Assembly (NCBI GenBank): GCA_951406725.2
Contig: OX597815.1
Span: 96,782,001-96,846,000, forward strand
DNA: 64,000 nt
Source: Octopus vulgaris
Lineage: Eukaryota
Direction of reading: 5' to 3'
Every line of letters starts with the position of its first letter. Within the stretch, counting starts at the first letter, position 1. Positions 13,166-28,543 of this stretch are shown one piece after another. Made by a program: the position numbers and the translations under genes. The notes below the pieces were generated by a model, which did no database searches, had not been told where the DNA came from, and worked only from the letters and a program-made list of their open reading frames with translations.

Positions 13166-14790
13166 GGTTTGTGAAGAAGGCTACCTGTTGGTTTTGCACG
13201 CATTTATTCATCTGTTTCAATTCATTAATTAGTAATGTTACTTAATATCCAAGACCATAAATTACCCTTGTATAGCACTTCTATAATTCAAAATTATCTT
13301 GGGTTTCGTATCGTATTGAGATCCGCATACTCTATAGACATTGCGAAAAGCAGTGTCGAATAGATTTGAAGTCAACGAAGATAGGGTATAAATGCTTATC
13401 ACTATTCAAATATTTGTCTGTCTGTAGAAACGGCTTTGTAGCATGTTTTTATTATTATCTTTTGTCTGTTTATTTTTCTTTCTGTCTGCGAAAATCTACT
13501 GAAATGTTTCCGTTGATTTTAATAATAGAACAATTTAGCTACAGATTCTGTGATTGTATGGCGTTCCTTTACATATTAGGCTATTACCACCCCAAGGTCA
13601 AAACTTAATCTGAATTTGCATTCTACATACAAATACACATTCATTTCTACACAAGTATACGTACACAAATATTCAAAGCTGATAATTTTGATTCAGTACT
13701 TTTCGAGGATTTGGCCATTTTATTTCATCTGGATCCCTATCGTTCTTAAATCAACACGACTAAAAATATTTCGAAACGTTCAAAGACCCTTTTTACAATA
13801 ATGGTGTGTTGCACACGTGAGGTATAAAATTTACAACTTCCATATTTATATTTAAATTTGTAAAATACTTACAACAATTTAATAGAAATAACAGAAGAAC
13901 AATAAAAAAGTTTACCAACACGAAATGACAAAATACACGATATATTTCAGTCAACCAATTTAATACACCAATACCTATATAAACATAAAAATTATAAAAT
14001 TTATGATTCAATATCAAATGCATGGCACTTTCCCATTAGGAGAATGGAAAAACAAGGAGCAGACTTCGAAACTGTTAATAGAGTAAATTTGGCGAGACTA
14101 ATACATGTTTTATTTGTGATGTATCTTTGTATTGAACTGCAGTGTGTATCTTGTTGTTAGTCCAGTATAGTTATTCTTATGTTTTGAGTTATTGAATTAT
14201 TTTATCAGTTATAGACGTGTTCCCTACTACATTTGCGACTGGTTAGAAGCCTCACAATACTATTAATGGTATCCCTTTAATTTTGAAAACGGGATGTGAA
14301 TGTATCCAAACCCTGATTTAACAAATATATGAACGATATTGTTTCTTGCTAAACAAATTAAACTTCAAAGACTAATAAAGAAATAGGGAAAATTCTTAAT
14401 AATAAAGATCAAACTATAAACATTTTTTGCTAATATAACAAGTTTGAAAGGAAAGCTGCTTACTTTTTATAATCACATGGTCACGTATTTATGTACATAT
14501 GTATATAAACTTGCTGGGGCATCGTCTCGAATGAATCAAATTAATTTATCGGACTTTCGAGGAACCAGTACCAGTTGTCGAGAGGTGGTGGGAGATAGAC
14601 ATATAGGCAAAGGCACGCGCACACAGACAGACGGACACAGACAGACAGACAGATAGATACATACACACACAAACACACACACACATATATACGACAAGCT
14701 TCTTTCACTCCGCTAATGGCTTAGCAGACCCACACTTCGAAATCACTGCCAACTACATATTTATTTAAAACTATTATATATGTATATATA

Positions 14791-14821
<31 letters not shown>

Positions 14822-17800
14822 TCCTTAACAGTATATGTGATAATGACATACGTGATAGTAATAGTACTTATCATGCTGTAGCGCATGTGCAAAAGCGGAG
14901 GAGTGTAAAGACTCGCTAGTATTTGATTTACCTCGTATACATAAGTCAAAAAGCTTCAATTACGCACAAAAAGCACATTCGTTTTCCTTTAGATAAATCA
15001 TTGATAACAACGTGCTTGCAGTTAGTGATGAATATAGCTATTACATTTTTCCAATATTTGTAACATTGTTTCTTTCTTTACTGCTATGCTATAATGTTAC
15101 TTTATGCAAAATTTATTGCACTGAAAATTCTTTGATAAATTTCTAATTTTTCCTTTTAACATTCAATAACATTTTCTTCCAGTTTCATAGTGACCATCCA
15201 TTATGTTAAAGTCCAGTCAAAACTAGAAAAAAATATTGCATTCCTTTCATGTTCTTTTACTATTCCATTGAATTAATAAATCCAATAAGATCAGCTTCAT
15301 TTTTAAGTATTTTCCTTTTATCTTCAGGCGACAAATAACAATCTCCTAACAATCGCAATTTCATATCTCCATTAATTTTGACTTTCTCTCTATGGTGTTG
15401 TGAAAACATTTACACATCATGGTTATATGAGACTATGACACTCAAAATTTTCAGTTGATTTCAACCTTACAATCCATCTCATCTTTGCAACGCTTTAACA
15501 TCCCCGTTGGCAATTTACTTCATATAACGCATACATGACACACATACATATTCACACATGCCTGGATAAATTCATTCTTAGAAAATTAACCTGTTAACTA
15601 TTCTTTTTCTCTGTTGTGTCACTTGCCACATAAATACAAGTCCTTGAATGTTTCGACATATATATCAATGATAGACCTTTTCGAAAACAGGAATATTTTA
15701 AATTATAACATTTGATTTGATTCCTTAACTGGTTTGCACACCGATTTGATTGAACAACTTTGGGAAACTTTAAGTGACCTTGTAAATGTATATAACGTAC
15801 AAACAATGTGTTTACCAGTTCAGATGAATGAAGCCATTTAATATCAATTGCACATGAGATAAATCTCACACCGATTTATATAGCAACATTTTCAATAGAT
15901 TTGAAAATTTGAATACATAACCATTGCATTCTACTGCAAAATATTATGCAGCGTATTTGTTTATTCAGAATCGTTTTACTGCGAATATTTTGAAGTTGAA
16001 TATAATATTTTCTTTCCTCTTCTCCAAAATTCTCCTTTGCTTTCATTACTTTCCCCTAATTTTCAGATGAGATCCCAATATTCAAAAATATACATAGCAT
16101 CGTCGTTGATATTGTTGTAATTGTTCTCATGCCGGAGTTCATCTAAGTGGTTATTGCACATTTTAAAAATAATAGGCACACCTTTTAGCACTCTTACCTC
16201 TTATATACAAGCTTCGATTTCATGTTAACTACACAAGCTCCGATTTTATCACAAATCTAGATGAATTTATATTTTCTGCCTCTATTCTTGTAGCAACTGT
16301 AAGAGACTGTCAGCACAGTTTCTTATTTCCTTTCTCCTTCCAACATGAGATAACAATCTTTATCTAAACCAGTAATTCGGACCAGCCGTATAACTGCATT
16401 GGAGAATAATAGCATGTACCATAAATATTATGAACTCCCGCATACAACTGTAACACTTCTATCTTCCTATATAAATGTCATAAATCTTACTGGAAACCCG
16501 TTATGTGGCCCTGTATGCATTTATTCTCTTATATACGGAGCAGCTCAATTGAAACACTGCTTCTAGCTAAACATCTTTAGACAGCTGTAATAGCTCTACT
16601 TTTTGCAGTTGCAATTCGAATTGGAAATTAAATTTCAAGTCAATCTTAGAATTAATTGAATGTACTCATTATCTGAAGTCATCAGACGCAATATTACCTG
16701 ACTATAAACAGCAATTGTAAGGCTGCTGTCGTTTTTTCCCCTCAATTTTCAACGGCCAAGACAGAGATATACGGGCAGCACACTAGACGATTTTCTGATC
16801 CTTTGAAACTGATGCAAGGAAGAAGGTACTGTCTCTATGTAATCTTCGTACACGACATGTATTCCTTTCTTTTACGGAGACTGAGAGAATTAAAGAGCGA
16901 AACTAATGAAATTTTTATTCATATCGTAAAAGTCAAAATTAAATGCCAGACCCTCTTTCTTGCCCTTCGCGATATGCTGTCCAAACAATAAAAGTAAAAC
17001 CGTAACAAAATATGTATACATGCATTAATACAGATGGAAATAAATCAGTATTTGTTATTTTATTTTACTGATTAACCTTGTTCATGCATCCAGTGAATAC
17101 TAAATAATCGTTACAAGAATCCGAATTAAAGCGTTTTCTGTTCTGCTTTGTTTGAAAATTAGCACAGTCTTGATCATTTGCTTTGGTATTGAAGGTGCAA
17201 TTAAATGATGGAGTGCATATTCGAAATTAAGCAAGTTTAATGAACATTTGCCTTCTTCGGTATTCAATCTGCGTGTAACAATATTATCGTCTTTATGAAG
17301 CATTTGTTACCCTTATGACATCTAAATTGTATCGGCTGATTGAAACATGGTAATTATTAATTAGCAAAATTAAAATATGTTGCAATTAACGTTCTCTACT
17401 GGTCATATTTATACACAGAATAGTACACAAATACTTTAAAAGAAAAATATATTTAAAGAAAATCCGCATTAATCTTGTCTAACTATACTTTAAGAATTCA
17501 TATCAGCTTTAGCATTTCGAAGAAATGAAGCAATAAAAGAAGAAACCAGCAATAATATTTTATGAACCGATTTTATATGCGCTCACTCTCGTCATATTAA
17601 GAAAATCAAAGCTTGTTGGATTGTAAAACTACGGTGGATGACGCAGTAAGTAGATCGCAAGCTATACGAGGATTCTTAAGGTTTTTCATGCTCTCAGCTC
17701 AGATCACACGAAGGTTCAAATTTGGCTTTTATCATTACGGATTTGATAAAAAATTTCTACCAGTTAAAAATAAAGTGTTTTAATTGAATGTGCATTACTT

Positions 17801-18565
17801 CCTATTTTAAACTTTTACTGGTTTTCAACATCAATAAATGAGATAAAATAATATAAAGGAAAAACAGATAAAAAGAAAAAAATACATAGGAAGAAGGGAA
17901 GAAAGGGGTTATATAGCAAAGATTTGGATGAGGATGATTGTGGAGTGAGGAATAAATTTAAAATGACAGTGGGAAAACCAAGGTATGATGCTCTCTGTCG
18001 TGATTGAGCAGATATGTAATCAAATGTATCCAGATCATGGTTAGGATGCAATTTTTCTTTTCTTCCTAATATTACGCGGCTACGTGTATTCAGTAATGTT
18101 CTTCTGTATTATCAAACGCTGGCCGAGGATAGTCCTCCCATCTTCCTTTATTGGTAGTATTCCTTTGTCTAAAAGAAAAGAATGTAAAACAGTGATATGT
18201 TTTTATAAGTGATCAATAAATTGGTTTGCAACTCAGTGATAAGAAGAGTGTAGTCACAGGGAATCCTATATTCATATCCCGCTGTGCTCAATGCTACCGC
18301 TCATCTACCAGGTTCGATTATTCTCAGTCCCACACTCTCTCATCCCTATTGTAGTAGTTATTCAAACGCCAAACCATGACACACTGTCAGACTGACTTGG
18401 CCTGAGAAGTGAGTTGAAAATGCGTTTTTGGTGAATTTCTTTGCACTTTCGACATACATATTCATTAGGTTAAATGTGTGAATGCCCTTCATAAGGACCA
18501 CCGGAGAATACAGCATTTACTCCTCCCATGACTATTTATATGATTATAACTATATTCTACTTTCC

Positions 18566-18602
<37 letters not shown>

Positions 18603-19973
18603 TAATGTATCAATTTGACCTTTTACCCACTCCTAAATTCTCTTTCATTCCGTACCCTCACTTTTCTCTCTCCATCTCTCGCTAACTATGTTTCTCTTTC
18701 TATATCATTTTATTTCTCTCTATATTTCTATGTCATTCTTAACATTTGTGTTTCATTATCTTCTCTTTCAATCGATCTTTATCGCTTCATTTGTATTTTT
18801 CTCTCCCTTCCTAACAATCTAATTCCATCAGCTCTTCTGCATGTATCTATCTGTTTCAATCTATCTCCTCTCACTATCATTATATCCCTTTACATCAGTA
18901 CTTCGTTTCACTTTAGCGCTATTTATTTCCTCTCTCCTATAGTACTCTCAATCAGTCACTAAGATACACTAACTATCTATTGTTTGATCAACGTGTTCTA
19001 TTAGTGCAGTAACACGTCTAATTTTTAGGCGATGTTGGTATTGCTTTCTTTGATAATTTATATTTGTTTCTTCTTTCCCTTTTATATTTTATTTGTTGGA
19101 ATTAGGTTGAGTTTCGATGTTTACATTGCATTACCAGGAGAACGATTCTTTGCGTTATTTTTTCCCAAGACTCAAACTTCGCTTTCTATGCAATAAGCAA
19201 ACATAATAAATATACAAATATGGAATACCGTTTGTAACTGATAGCATTCCACATCACCTACTTTATAAAAAAAGAAAAGAACACACATATGGTTTAATTG
19301 AAATGCAAAGCTGAAACCGCTCTGGCAAAAATAGGGATATAAGGACTATCAGTTAATTGGATGTATGTTATAGAGACTCTTACATTAGGTTACTATTTAT
19401 TATGTAGTTTACTCACACAAAAGAAAAAGAATACACAATTATATTACAGGAATCCTCTAATATAATGCATTGAGATATTTGGAAAGGTTGAATGATATAT
19501 AAGACAAAGGTTGAAAGAGAGTGGCAAAAACATAAGGAGAAGGAAAGGCATAAACAGATAAGAAAAGAGAAAGGAAGATGAACAGAGAGACGAACATAAA
19601 AAGTAAGATAGAGAAACTTGAAGGAACTGAATTTCGAAAACATAATTTAAACAAGCATATCCAAATATACACACACACACATACACATATGGCATCTTAT
19701 ATTTACATACAACAATATATGTGTGTATATGTACATATACATATACGTATATATAAACACACACACACACGCACACACACACACACATATATATATATAC
19801 ATATATATATACTTACATACACACACACACATATGTGTATTTATATATATATTATCGTTTGTAGAAAACATAAATCAGGAGAACCACACTCTAAGATGTA
19901 GAGCAGTGTATATTTAAATGGAGGAAGCCGGTTTAAGGGATTAATCTGGTGTTCTCGTCCATAAGGGGGTTAG

Positions 19974-20430
19974 CTTTATGGCGTATCGTCAGACCCCAAA
20001 AATACTTGCTGGCCTAATACCTCTTCAAAACAGATGGAGGTGGATGTGCATTGTTACGAATGTAAACAATAGGGAACTAATAGAAGATGGTGTCCCATAG
20101 TCGATCGAAAACACAGGCCCCTATATCAACTGAACGTAGCGTTATGCATAGCTGAACGCGCAAGAATCCTGGAAGACTCAATCGACGCAGGGAATATCAA
20201 TAACTCCAGAACGGAGATTTTCGGACCATGTTTACATTTTGGAATGTTCTTGCTAGCGCTTTAAAATCTGCAAAATGGCGGCAGAGTGGGAAGCCGTTAG
20301 CCAGTGGCAAAAGAAGATAACTCTCTGTTCTTTACATTCGTAACGAGGTACATCCCCCCCCACATCTTTTTGAAGACGTCTTAGGCCAACAGGAGTTTTT
20401 GGGTGGTGAGTCTGACGATATGCCATAAAG
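19974..20430. mobile_element. MITE-like element with about 105-bp diverged terminal inverted repeats
   Basis: ctttatggcgtatcgtcagac...gttacgaatgtaaa (19974-20080) is the inverse of tttacattcgtaacg...gtctgacgatatgccataaag (20320-20430). Confidence 0.75.
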
Positions 20431-21364
20431 TCAGGAGAATAAGGTGGATGAGGAATTTGTACCCAATCAACCTCTTCGATCATCTGTGATGTCATCTTTG
20501 CAGTGTGGGGTCACGCATTGTTCTCATGAAACATCACTCCTTTTCGTTTCACTAAAGCGGGGCTTTTCTTTCAAAGCTTGGTTCAAACGTTCTAGTTGCT
20601 GACAGTGGACTTGAGCATGGGTTGTTGCATTAAGTGGTAACAATTCAAAGTGAATTATTCCTTTGCAATCCCACCAGATAGACAGAAGAACCGTTCTCCC
20701 ATGAAATTCCCTTCTCGTTTGTGGTTGGACTTTTCCCCTTTTACCAAGCCACTGTTTAGGATGTTTAACATTTCGATAGAAAATCCATTTTTCGTCCCCA
20801 GTCACAGGTCTATCCAAAAGGGGTGAAATGAGTCGCGCGAGAATGGACAGAAGGGCAGATTTGCGGTTACTTTAGGGCAATGCATTAGGCACCCATGTTC
20901 AAAGTTTAGGAACCTTTCCAAGTCTTTGAAGATGGCAATAAACAGTTGTATTGTATGGTTTGAACTAAGCTTTATTTGTAATTCTTCAACTGATAATGCA
21001 GAGTATTCTTCAAGTAATGCCTGGAGGATCTTATCATCAAACTCAACTGGAGACGCTCTGTTAGATCTTCATCTTCAAGGCTAAAATCTACACTTCTGAA
21101 TTTTCCAAACCATTATCTACAAGTTCTTTCATTCAAGTATACTTTTCCATAAACTGAGTCTATGTTTCAAGTCGCTTCAGTTGTAGAGTTTCCTTTTTTG
21201 TACTCATAAAGCATTACGTGCCTTAAATGCTCTTTGGATACTTCCGTGTTAGAAAGGGGTTTAATCAAAGGAATGTTAATTCTATTATTCTGTAAAATAA
21301 TATTGAATTAGTTTAAATGTACACAAATGCATAAAAAAATTTTTAATTCCCTTCGGCATTCTAA

Positions 21365-21370
<6 letters not shown>
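20431..21370 (-). mobile_element. Mariner transposon, 3'-truncated, transposase pseudogene
   Basis: EVSKEHLRHVMLYEYKKG N-terminus, VTGDEKWIFY, LLSIWWDCKGIIHFELLP and PHPPYSPD. It ends at the MITE boundary and contains stops and frameshifts. Confidence 0.9.
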
Positions 21371-21427
<57 letters not shown>

Positions 21428-21685
21428 TATATATATGTATGCATATATATATGTATGCATATATATATATATGTATGCATATATATATACACACGCACAG
21501 TCTCACACACATAAATACTAAAGTACATCGATTTTGAATTATGCATTTATGTACGCTAATATTATTTATGCTGCATATAATTTGATACAATATTATCGCA
21601 GTACAAAGGGAAAATCTATAATGTCAGATTCGTTTTTTAGCATCAAAGCCTCTTCAAAACAGCCGGGGTCACTTATAACATATGA

Positions 21686-21731
<46 letters not shown>

Positions 21732-23128
21732 ATGTATGTGTGTGTTTGCATGTGTGTATAGACAGATATGTGGGCGTATGTCTATTAACCCGGTTATATA
21801 GAAGAATATGTCTCTCTTATCCAGTAACCTAAACCTAGAGTATTTCTTTATATGTCTTTATATGTATGTCAATTACAGGACAATTGATCTATGTTAATTA
21901 CTTCTAAAGTCTTTTAATAGAAGAAAACTATAGCAATTAAACCAGAAAGTTCAGTGGTAATCTGCATACATCTTTTGATGTTCTTATAAAAAAATTTTCT
22001 TCTGTTTTATAATTAATATCATTAAATGAATGTTAATGAATCTTTGGTAAAATCTGACTCATTGTCTTTTGTTTGCGAAGAATTTTTTGCTATTTCTTGA
22101 AGAACTTGCAAAGAATCTGCACGGTTTATGGCGATCAAAACTGTTACTTCAAACGATGTATTTGAGTATTATTATTATCAATATAGCTACGGTTTTGAAT
22201 TGTTGCATATTTCTTGAACATTTATTTCTTCCTTTGTACCCAATCAAATTCATTCATCCATTAGATTTTTTGCTTTCTGCTTTTGTCTATTTTTCATGTA
22301 TTCATCAAATTGTCAGCAGTATTTAGAGAGCAGAAATCAATCACGCACATGAGTTCAACCAAATAAAATAATTTTAGACTTTCTTGCATATGTTATATAT
22401 AAAAGCTAGTAAAGATTTTGTATCACTTCATTTTAGTTTCTCATAGTACCGTAAAATCAAATCTCGGATTTATTGCCCATACTTCAAATGACGGGATTAG
22501 CATGAATTTAGAATTGAAATAAATGTATATGCCAATCTATCAAAGCACATTTTTGCTGTATTTCCAGAACTCAACTATAAACCCTTCATATATCACATTA
22601 CCACACTTAGTAAACTAACCAACATGACACTATATATCTTAAGTTTTTAAATTGGACAGAGACCCAGGTTCAACCGATAACACTAGATAGTCTTTCTAAT
22701 GTCCATGGTGGCAAGATTTACAGAAATCCTCGCTAGATTTGACATTGGTGGCAGATCAGTGCTTGAGGTACATGGAAATTCCTTTAACATTTAATTTTAT
22801 GTGTCTTATATAAATGCTTATTGAAAAATCCATGGATCGATATATTTGCTATAGAAAATTACAATGAAAATGTTTGAAAAACATTACCCTTTTTTGCTGT
22901 ATGTGACATTTTTGAATTGCAAGTAAACAAGAATACATGGCATGGTACTATTTTATGAGACCAGTTTCTAGTAAATGTTTGCCCTTTGAAAATAGGCCGA
23001 CAAAATAATTTCTTGCTATTGTTGCTTCATCCATCAAGAAGTTTAGTTGGTGTTTTTACTGAATTATCGAAACATTGATTTTGAAAGTGGCGAGCGTGTA
23101 TTATTAAGACGATTACATCTGACAGTTA

Positions 23129-23310
23129 AGACGGCGAGCTTGCCGAATCCTTTGCACGCTAGGCAAAATGCTTAGCGTCGTTTCGTCCATCTTCACGGTC
23201 TGAGTTCAAATCCAGGCGAGGTCGACTTTAGCTTTCGTCCTTTCAGGGTTAATAAAATAAGTACCTGCTGACCACTTCGCCGAACTTTGTGTCATAATTT
23301 AAAAACCAGT
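23129..23310 (+). mobile_element. SINE family 2 copy
   Basis: agacggcgagcttgccgaatc...tctgagttcaaatcc...gtcgactt...taaaataagtacc, homologous to 27793. Confidence 0.7.
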
Positions 23311-25132
23311 ATTATATCTCTGACAGAAACGGTTGTTCCCATGCTATGTAGAATGAATGTTTAAGTGAAATACAGAAATCGTTTTACTGAATTAAAATGC
23401 TATCTGAAAAATTTCATTAGCGTCAATGAAATTCTTGTTAAGAAAGGTAAGCATACAACACTGGTATATAAACTTACACCGTTACATGGACAGAAATACT
23501 GAGTGGTGCCTTGATCGTATACTGTTCTTCATGAAAGATTAATACAAACTAGGCACATTCTAATTCTATTGTCAGCATCAACGTACAGACAATATAATAT
23601 GTAATTCAAATGATTTACACGTAATATCACTTCGTTTAAAATTATATTTTAGTACATATCATACAAATAATAATACTTATTATGAGTTTTAAATTTTGTT
23701 GAAGTTAAAACTATTTCGAGTACATGGAAAATTGTAATAAAACCGTGACTGTTATGCTGGCCACAAGGTCTTTGTAAAAGATATAAACCGGTTTTTTATC
23801 GAGGTGGGAAATCCGGGCAAATTAATTTGATTTCGTTATATTTTATACTTTATCATCTTCTTGTCAATGTATTACCAAATAAATTTAAAAATTAGCCGGC
23901 TCTTATTATTAGAAGATTATAACCTACTGCTTGTCTAAATTGTTTACTATATTTAGTTTAGACAGCATTCCTCTAATGATGAAAATTCGGCAATTAAGTG
24001 CAATGAAGATGACTGGTAGTGCACTAATATGCGTATTTCATAATTATATCTATGTTCGATCGACTGCAACCTATCTTATGAAATGATTATTGGAACCACC
24101 GATTGAAGTTTTACATTCTCGAAATATTGGTTGATTTACCTTTCCGAAATATCGGGCATTTCATCCTATTATATGACACTAACCTCTTTAAAGGAGGATT
24201 AATGATATATTGCCTACAGTTACACAGGATGGCCATATCTTGAGCGCCTTTACATTATAATCTTTCTCACACATTGTTGGTCTATATATAATCAATATAA
24301 AAAGCTGGTCTACTTTCGTTAAATGAGACAGATCGTAACAATGGTGCCTCTAATTCAAGGTGGTTGTTTACATTATGCTTCTGATATAGGCTGACAGAAC
24401 CCCCCCCCAAAAAAAAAAATGTTTTACAAGTAGCTTCAATTAAAAAAAATCAAGCCTTTTTTTCCCCCTAGAATGCTGAGTTTTCTAATGTTCAAACGAA
24501 TAACGGATTAACACTATATTTCCATTTACTAAGTAATGGAAGTGTATGAAAGGCTTCTCATCTACAAGATCCATACATTAAGATACTGTCTTACATGCAG
24601 ATACTATAAGCCACTTACACAATTAGGAAAATAATTCAAGAAAATACGAATGAAGAAATATATTCATGGTTAGACCTCAAAATAACTTAACTCATTAATT
24701 ATATTTATATATGTGTATTTGTGCAAAATTTCTTTTACATAAAGTTGCATCTGTACAAATGTAAGACTTACAGATCCGACAATTCCAATGATGAAGGAGT
24801 TCAGTTTTATCAATAAGAACGAAGAAGAGAGAAATTGGAGATTTACCATATGGTGAAGGAGCATTAAGATAGATAATATGTCGTAAATCAGAGGTTTTCA
24901 CTTTGGCAAATCTTCTAGGGCTTCGGAATTGAAGTAGTGAAACGTAACTTAAAGACACACACACACACCCAGATTTATATACATGCTTGTATAGTTATGC
25001 ATTTCTATATATGCACACATATAAAAATATAATGCTAAATACACAATTCTAAATGTATCCCTACTTACATAAATACACACACACACACACGCACACACAT
25101 GCACAAACACATACGCAAACGTACAAATACAA

Positions 25133-25184
<52 letters not shown>

Positions 25185-25452
25185 ATGCATGCAAGTATAG
25201 AAAAAATACAAATGTGTTAACGTTCACTACAGCTGTTTCAGCCACGTTAATCTTATTGATTAATAAAACGAGTACGTGATTAAGGGAACAAAAACGTTTT
25301 CTCTGGGTGAATTAGAGATTCGAAAGTTGAAAATGTGGTTCGCAAAAATACTTATGTGTGCAAAGCTTGTTGACCCTCTCATTTTGGAAACAATTAAGAG
25401 AATGAAGTTCTTTTACTTGCTGCCATTTAATTAATAATATGTGTGTTTGTGT

Positions 25453-25506
<54 letters not shown>

Positions 25507-25632
25507 TGTGTGTGTATATATATATATACCGGAGTAAACACATAAATGTGAAACAAGGTGGAAAAAAGAGTACTCAAATACCAGTGGTAGAGTAATATGC
25601 TTTATTTAAAGCAGCAAAAAATTCAACAAAAC

Positions 25633-25670
25633 CTGTTACTCTGAGTTTCCCGTTGCCGTTCATCGGACAG
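25633..25670 (-). ncRNA. Minimal type-I hammerhead ribozyme motif (inverted copy)
   Basis: Minus strand CTGT-CCGATGA-A-CG-GCAA-CG-G-GAAA-CTC-A-GAG-TA-ACAG. Helix II is capped by a GNRA tetraloop. Confidence 0.6.
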
Positions 25671-25682
25671 TTTTTGCAAAAA

Positions 25683-25720
25683 CTGTCCGATGAACGGCAA
25701 CATGAAACTCCGAGTAACAG
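25683..25720 (+). ncRNA. Minimal type-I hammerhead ribozyme motif (C-C-G-A-U-G-A core variant)
   Basis: CTGT-CCGATGA-ACGGCAACAT-GAAA-CTC-C-GAG-TA-ACAG. Helix I is CTGT/ACAG and the predicted cleavage triplet is GUA. Confidence 0.55.
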
Positions 25721-25826
25721 GTTTTGTTGAATTTTCTGCTGCTTTAAATAAAGTATATATATATATATATTTATATTTATGTATGTAATATATACATACA
25801 TATACATATATATGTAATATATGTGT

Positions 25827-25925
<99 letters not shown>

Positions 25926-26739
25926 CGTTTATATATATATATATATATATACATAATAAATAAGAGTAGGGGGAAATAAGTCAATGGTTGCTATGGTTTG
26001 AATTTGTGGAATTAAATTCAAGTCTGTTGTAATGTAATAATCTCGGCAGTGACTCTTTAATTTCTTGTAATTTCTCATTTACATGGGAACTGTATCTGAA
26101 ACGTAGCGGCTATATGTTACTTTGAAGTGTATCAACATTTAACTGTTGCAAGTAACTTACATGCTTAACTGAAGATCAGACTCATGCAATTTGCATATAA
26201 ATGACAGTTTTTTGTCTTTGTTTTTCTCTGTTTAATCGTTTCAATATAGTAGAGTTTATGAATGGGCTTTACGTCAGTTGGAAAAATTACCCCGTAGAGA
26301 ATAGCATGCGTGTTTTTCTGTGCTGAGTAATTTACTTTCATAAACAATTGGAGGAAATCTACACTATGAATGGTAAAATAAAACAAAATCGAAAACGAAA
26401 AAATAAATTAAGGCCAGAAACATTTCCATGCAATTGAAATATGCGTGAGATATGCCCCTGTCGTAGTTTTGACATCGTCCGCACCTAAACTAATCAGAGT
26501 TTCAGTGTAATATGTTCTGAGATTCGAAATTGTGAATATGTGTGTGAGTGTGTGCGTGTGTGTGGGGTGTATGCATGTATATGTGTATATATCTATATCT
26601 ATATTAAAAGGTTTGGAGATGATGTACATGTATTATTAATTAGAAGAAATAAGGTATTCAGAAATGTGGATGGTTTTATGTTTACAGATATTTATTAATA
26701 TGTCTCATGTTTTTATAAATCATATATTAGCGCTATATT

Positions 26740-26757
26740 TATATCTATATCTATATC

Positions 26758-26854
<97 letters not shown>

Positions 26855-26871
26855 ATCTATCTATCTATCTA

Positions 26872-26939
<68 letters not shown>

Positions 26940-26940
26940 T
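26740..26940. repeat. Compound (TATC)n-(TC)n-(TA)n microsatellite
   Basis: Directly visible. Representative of dozens of such tracts in the window. Confidence 0.95.
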
Positions 26941-27792
26941 ATAACCAATAATAAATCTCAGAGCGAGTTATAAACAGTAGCTACAACATATCGTGACGTA
27001 TATTTGCCATATAAGTATGGCTACTGTAGTTTGTAGTCCCAGGAGGACATGCATACATGCATGCATTCCTACATGCATACACACAATCCAAAATACAAAC
27101 GCACACGCGCGCCTCACACACATGCACATACGTACACACACACACACGTACACACACACACACACACACACTCACACACACATGTATGAGTGAAGGAATG
27201 TCTGTGTTTAACACTCTGTTTGTGTACATGAGAGTGCGTGGAGCTTTTTTAGATTTGAATTAACGAATTCATTTGTCGTAGTTATTAGAAGTAAATATCT
27301 GAATTCGAGTTTAATGAATTCGAGTGGCAGGCACATGTATTTAATCTGACAGTGTTTTAATGTTATAACACGCAAGAACTTGCATTGGTGTCCAACCAAC
27401 TCTCACGGCGGTGAATATTAAATCTCTTAAATTATTGCAGTAAGAATCTAAGTGGGCTGTCAACAAATGCATTATTGGTGTTGGATAGTAGATTAATTTT
27501 TCATCTGTTTTCTACGCCATCACTTCCCGTTTGGTTGGCCTCAACGAAAACTCCTTGGTGAATGCATGTGGATTAGGAATTTACTTAAAGTATAATATTT
27601 CATCTCCCATTGTGACGCTGAAAGTGCTACATCTTCTGCTTCATTTGTAGATAATTAAAATTAATGTGTTTTTATTTATCGTTGATTTGCTTTTACTGAG
27701 TCTGACTTATAATATGCACCATCCGTGCATGAACGATCTTATGCGTGTTCCATATCATATAGTATTTCCTATATCAGTATTGTAATATGTTT

Positions 27793-28175
27793 AAGGCGGC
27801 GAGCTGGCAGAAACGTTAGCACGCCGGGTGAAATGCGTAACCGTATTTCATCTGCCGTTACGTTCTGAGTTCAAATTCCACCGAAGTCGACTTTGCCTTT
27901 CATTCTTTCGGGGTCGATTAAATAAGTACCAGTTACGCACTGGAGTCGATATAATCGACTTAATCTGTTTGTCCTCTCAGTGTTTAGCCCCTTGTGAGTA
28001 GTAAAGAAATAGGTATTTCGTCTGTTTTTACGTTCTGAGTTCAAATTCTGCCGAGTTCGACTTTACCTGTCATCCTTTTAGCGTCGGTAGATTAAGTACC
28101 AGTTACGTACTGCGGTCGATCTAATCGACGCTCCTCCTACAAAATTTCGGGCCTTGTGCCTAGAGTAGAAGAGAA
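27793..28175 (+). mobile_element. SINE family 2, partially dimeric
   Basis: aaggcggcgagctggcagaaacgttagc head. The block gtatttc..tacgttctgagttcaaattc..cgacttt..taagtaccagttacg occurs twice (about 27843 and 28013). Confidence 0.8.
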
Positions 28176-28482
28176 TATTGTAATGTGTATTTAAGGAAGA
28201 TGTGAACCCCCTCATCCTGTCATGTTAGGTAAGCTACTACATTTCAATACATAACTCTATAGAAATTACTTGAAACCGATAGAGCACAAAGTATTCATTC
28301 ATACGCTGTTGTTTCCAGAAATACAAATATTTTAATATGCCTTAATCAATTTGGCGGGCACCAGTGATATTTTCTAAGAGCAATTTAAAATTTAGTATCT
28401 CCTTTATGCATTCATCTATCTGGACATAAATACATACATATGTATAATACACGCATGTATATGCATATGCGTGTATGTATGA

Positions 28483-28543
<61 letters not shown>

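Larger units (their letters stand above)
25529..25753. mobile_element. Palindromic Penelope-like insert (family B) between TA tracts
   Basis: Near-perfect spacerless palindrome 25600-25753 centred at 25676/25677. Each arm carries a hammerhead motif. Confidence 0.7.
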
